Assembly: GCA_016839785.1 (NCBI GenBank)
Contig: JAEOTQ010000080.1
Coordinates: forward strand, 1 to 10,439
Direction: 5' to 3'
From: Candidatus Hodarchaeota archaeon
GTDB taxonomy: Archaea > Asgardarchaeota > Heimdallarchaeia > Hodarchaeales > Hodarchaeaceae
Length of the DNA: 10,439 nucleotides
The position numbers were made by a program, and so were the translations under genes. Below, piece by piece: positions 7,068-10,439 of this stretch; within the stretch, counting starts at the first letter, position 1, and the number at the start of each line of letters is the position of its first letter. Under the pieces are notes generated by a model. It searched no databases and was not told where the DNA came from. It saw nothing but the letters and a program-made list of their open reading frames with translations.

Positions 7068-7227
7068 AATTCGGTTTTTTCAGGAAAATATCTTCAAAAG
7101 TAGAGAAATTCTAGTGTAAACCACACTGTATATACACAATATGACATGTTAGCCCCAAATCCTTTTGTTAATATTATAAGATAATGGAAATAGACAGTAA
7201 TAACATTTCTTTGGAGAAAAATCACTA

Positions 7228-8385
7228 ATGCAATTCATGGCACCAAATCAACTTGAGGAAAATCTAGCTATGGATCTAACATACTCAAAGGGGCAAGTTC
7301 TAAGTTCAATGAATAGTAAGGCACATAATCTTGCGTCAAAGGCTTTTATTGAGAATATTACTAAAAATTTGGGGGATCCATCATTATTTTCAGGTACAGC
7401 AAAAGTAGAAAAACAAGTGATTAGAATTTTAGGTCACCTTTTTGACCTTCCTACTTCAGGTACAGGTGCTCTTCTAACTGGTGGATCAGAAGCCAATATT
7501 ACAGCCCTCTGGGCTATTCGAAATAAAAGAAGGGGAAAATTTCGGCTAACCGATCCACTTGAAATTGTAGCTCCTGAGTCTGTGCATATATCATTTGATA
7601 AAGCTGCCGATCTATTAGGATTAAAACTCGTCAAAGTTCCAATTACTCCTAAATATCAGATTAATCTTAAATTAGCGGAAGATGCTATAACAAAAAATAC
7701 TATTGCGATAATAGGGGTAGCAGGAACAACAGCTTTTGGAACTATTGACCCTCTAATAGATCTTAATACATTATGTCTAGACCATCAATTTGACATGCAC
7801 ATTGATGCAGCATTTGGAGGCTTAGTCTTTCCGTTTTTGCCCCAATCAAAGGAAACACACTTTCTTTCTTTTGATCTGAAAGCGGTGGCATCTATTACTG
7901 TTGATATCCACAAAATGGGCCATGTTCCCATCCCTGGAGGAGGATTATTGTGGAGAAATACTTCCTATCCTAAAGCTATCCAATTTACACTCCCATATTT
8001 AGCTGGAATGCCAAAACAATCAACTATCACAGGTACTAGGTCAGGAGCCTCCACCATTGCCTTTCTGTCTTTATGGAATGAAATCGGATTTGAAGGATAT
8101 CAAGAGATTGTAAATTCGTGTGTTAAGAATACTCTATTTCTTGCCAAGGAATTGGAAAAACGTGGACTGATCATTCCAATAGAACCGTCAATTAACATAC
8201 TAGGAGCTAAAACACCAAGGGAATTCCCCTTAGATGTCCCTAAATTACATAAAAAGCTTTGGCAGAAAGGATGGACGACTTCGATTGTAAATGGGTGTCT
8301 ACGCTTTGTTATAATGCCTCCAACTAGAAAAAGTAAGCTAGAGGAACTTTTACTTCTTCTAGATCAACTAATTGACCAGCAATAA
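7228..8385 (+). CDS. mfnA: Group II PLP-dependent decarboxylase, archaeal L-tyrosine/L-aspartate decarboxylase
   Basis: DLTY..G.VLSSM, NLGDPSLFSGT, TGGSEANITAL, HISFDKAA, GVAGTTAFGTIDP, HIDAAFGG, SITVDIHKMG (PLP Lys), TITGTRSG. Confidence 0.9.
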   Translation: MQFMAPNQLEENLAMDLTYSKGQVLSSMNSKAHNLASKAFIENITKNLGDPSLFSGTAKVEKQVIRILGHLFDLPTSGTGALLTGGSEANITALWAIRNKRRGKFRLTDPLEIVAPESVHISFDKAADLLGLKLVKVPITPKYQINLKLAEDAITKNTIAIIGVAGTTAFGTIDPLIDLNTLCLDHQFDMHIDAAFGGLVFPFLPQSKETHFLSFDLKAVASITVDIHKMGHVPIPGGGLLWRNTSYPKAIQFTLPYLAGMPKQSTITGTRSGASTIAFLSLWNEIGFEGYQEIVNSCVKNTLFLAKELEKRGLIIPIEPSINILGAKTPREFPLDVPKLHKKLWQKGWTTSIVNGCLRFVIMPPTRKSKLEELLLLLDQLIDQQ

Positions 8386-8388
8386 AGA

Positions 8389-8628
8389 TCATGATAAATT
8401 CAATTCCCTCAATATCCGCTCTTCTGTTATTTCTTTTCCATAAATGAAAGTATCATTAATTTTAATCGCGGGAAGGGTATATACTTTACGCCTGAGAACT
8501 CTAGTTAATGATTCGACCTTCTTTAGAACTAGGTCGGGATGTTCTTCCTGAATTCTATTTAATAACCGTCTAACACGGACACACCGAGGACAAATTCGGG
8601 AATGGAAAAAGATTATTTCATTATTCAT
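8389..8628 (-). CDS. Small thioredoxin/glutaredoxin-fold protein
   Basis: IIFFHSRICPRC (CxxC), cis-Pro motif YTLPAIKIN, FIYG; AGGTGTG SD-like site upstream on the minus strand; convergent with mfnA across a 3-bp gap. Confidence 0.85.
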   Translation of the reverse strand: MNNEIIFFHSRICPRCVRVRRLLNRIQEEHPDLVLKKVESLTRVLRRKVYTLPAIKINDTFIYGKEITEERILRELNLS

Positions 8629-8796
8629 TTATAACACACCTTGATAGGTGATTTTACACCAATTACATGAATGTTTCACTTTTTAATTCTTAATTTTTCC
8701 TCGCATGAGCTCAAAAATATCTCATGGCAGCAGAATTTTTAAACTAATTGAACTCGAGAAATAGAGATTGAACACTTTTGTCAAAAAAAAGAATAA

Positions 8797-9822
8797 ATGA
8801 GACGGGGTCTTGTATCAATGAATATCCTCACTGCAGATATTGATTTAACATTTATCTTCTTATCTATAACGATAGTGGCTGGGATTTTTGTTATTTATAA
8901 GTCAATTAGACATTACCAGTTAATTAGATCGCAGGAATATTTATTACTAGCGTATTACTTCTTTACTCTCACTTTTTTCGCCCTAATTCGAATTGTTTTC
9001 GCCTACTTTTCATATGCAGATATTTGGTATTATGCTCAAGATGATCGCTATTGGAATTTTTGGAATTTTATATGGCTATTTGAGATTTTGCTTAATACTG
9101 CTTGGGCTATTGGTATTATTGCGTTATTAATTCATGTCTATAGACTCATTGATTGGAAAAATAGGCATACTGTGTTGAAAACAACACTAATTCTTTTTTT
9201 CATAGAAGGCGTGTTACAAGCTATTTATTATTCTCTTTTTATAATTAGTATGCACATTTCGCAAGATTGGGCAACAGCCAGTTATACAACTGGCTCAGAT
9301 GTGTGGTTTTTACGATTATGGGTTTTCCAGTTCTTTTTTCAGTCTGTTAATGGTGGTACACAATTCTATATGGTCCTCCTATATCTTCTCTTAGGCCTTG
9401 CATATTTGACACTAAAACCCCTCAATGAGACAAGAAATATAAGATTGTCAAGGTACCTATGGATCTTTTTTAGTGTAGGACTAGCTCTTAAATGGTTTGC
9501 TTTTTTAAGTTTTGAAAATGATTTTCAATTCCTCGCTTCGTTATTTCCCTTCTTTACAGATGTTAGAACAATATATTTTGATCTTAACCTACATGAATTA
9601 CTTGAAACAATTAGTACATTAGCGTTAATGATAATTATAGCATTATTTCCTGAAACGCTTTTAATTACCGAATATCAATTGATTCAAGGGGTACATTTGT
9701 ATCGGTTTATGGACAGCAAGGGAGAAAGTTATAAACGACGCTTTCAACTCTTAGACACCGAGAAGAGTTTAGCAGAGTATGTGCAAAGTATACCGCCTGA
9801 ACTGATACAAAAGGGTTCTTAA
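8797..9822 (+). CDS. Polytopic (~7 TM) membrane protein with soluble C-terminal tail, function unknown
   Basis: About seven hydrophobic ~20-aa segments, from LTFIFLSITIVAGIFVIY to TISTLALMIIIALFP, followed by a ~55-aa polar tail. The start could be the ATG at 8818 instead. Confidence 0.8.
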   Translation: MRRGLVSMNILTADIDLTFIFLSITIVAGIFVIYKSIRHYQLIRSQEYLLLAYYFFTLTFFALIRIVFAYFSYADIWYYAQDDRYWNFWNFIWLFEILLNTAWAIGIIALLIHVYRLIDWKNRHTVLKTTLILFFIEGVLQAIYYSLFIISMHISQDWATASYTTGSDVWFLRLWVFQFFFQSVNGGTQFYMVLLYLLLGLAYLTLKPLNETRNIRLSRYLWIFFSVGLALKWFAFLSFENDFQFLASLFPFFTDVRTIYFDLNLHELLETISTLALMIIIALFPETLLITEYQLIQGVHLYRFMDSKGESYKRRFQLLDTEKSLAEYVQSIPPELIQKGS

Positions 9823-10166
9823 AATAACTTATCATCAAAGATTAATTATTTTAATCTCGGAGATAATAACAAATGAGTTTTACTAATGAAAAAAAGGTCG
9901 ATCTTTCGGGTGAAGAATTTATCCGAGTTATTTCTAATTGTGGAGTAACTTATGAGGGTGTGGTAACCAATGTTTATGAAATATACTTGTTTTAGAGAAT
10001 GATGATCTAAAATCCTTTATTGGCTTAGATTCGAACTCGAGAATCTCCAATCACACCTCTTCAATGATGAAATAGTTTTCATTTCAGAAATCTTAAAAAG
10101 AACTGGAAATGGAAAAAGAATTAATAGAATGAAAGAGAAAACACACCTAGCATAATCTAAAAGGGA

Positions 10167-10439
10167 ATGCTGTTGCTAACAAGAGAAAAATTAAATCAGC
10201 TATCTGAAGAAGAACTCGAGAAACTCTATCAACAAAAAAAGGCTGGTTATGATCAAAAAATTGCAAAAAACCGGCGAATTCGGGGATTATTACAACGGAA
10301 ATTAGATTCCAAGACAGAAATTGTAAATAATCTCCAAAAGAAGATTGATGATTTTCTTATAGCTCATCCTGAAGTCGTCAAACAAGACTTTGACGACCAA
10401 GAACAAAACCCTACAGAATTAACGAAATTGATTCAAGAA
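10167..10439 (+). CDS. Coiled-coil hypothetical protein, 5' part (runs off the window)
   Basis: Manual translation gives 91 open codons: MLLLTREKLNQLSEEELEKLYQQKKAGYDQKIAKNRRIRGLLQRKLDSKTEIVNNLQKKIDDFL...; AAGGGA upstream; the true start may be TTG 10173. Confidence 0.75.
   Translation, partial: MLLLTREKLNQLSEEELEKLYQQKKAGYDQKIAKNRRIRGLLQRKLDSKTEIVNNLQKKIDDFLIAHPEVVKQDFDDQEQNPTELTKLIQE

Noticed and set aside
7434-7634. 66-aa minus-strand ORF
   Set aside because: Antisense shadow inside the well-conserved mfnA.
8797-9822. Microbial rhodopsin or heliorhodopsin
   Set aside because: No retinal-binding Lys in the last TM helix and no recognisable helix C motif.
10020-10046. Minus-strand GAGTTCGAATCT...GCCA resembling a tRNA T-loop or att-site remnant
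   Set aside because: The T-stem pairs at only 2-3 of 5 positions, spacing to CCA is wrong, and there is no cloverleaf or integrase.
1-10439. CRISPR array, IS element, prophage, rRNA
   Set aside because: No regularly spaced repeats, no transposase/integrase/viral genes and no GC-rich structural RNA segment seen.

Overview
AT-rich (roughly one-third GC by eye), ordinary-looking chromosomal segment of an archaeon. An Asgard/Heimdallarchaeia-like origin is inferred from the MfnA-type decarboxylase, BRE/TATA promoters, GGTGA-type SD sites and sequon-rich, C-terminally anchored surface proteins. Gene order: partial minus-strand secreted cutinase/PETase/chlorophyllase-like alpha/beta hydrolase (absent from the ORF track); helical hypothetical protein; stand-alone HipA/PI3-PI4K-superfamily kinase; YkgJ-type Cys-cluster protein; two tandem paralogues combining a ribbon-helix-helix-like domain with a short LRR-like solenoid; two adjacent membrane-anchored surface proteins; mfnA; a small thioredoxin-fold protein (minus strand); a ~7TM membrane protein; and a partial coiled-coil protein. 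No mobile element, CRISPR array, rRNA or tRNA was found. Best candidates for undescribed biology: (i) the RHH+LRR-like paralogue pair, with a GTCATACA direct repeat between its TATA box and start site; (ii) the orphan kinase whose SD lies in a hairpin stem; (iii) the PETase-like archaeal hydrolase and the run of inverted repeats upstream of it.
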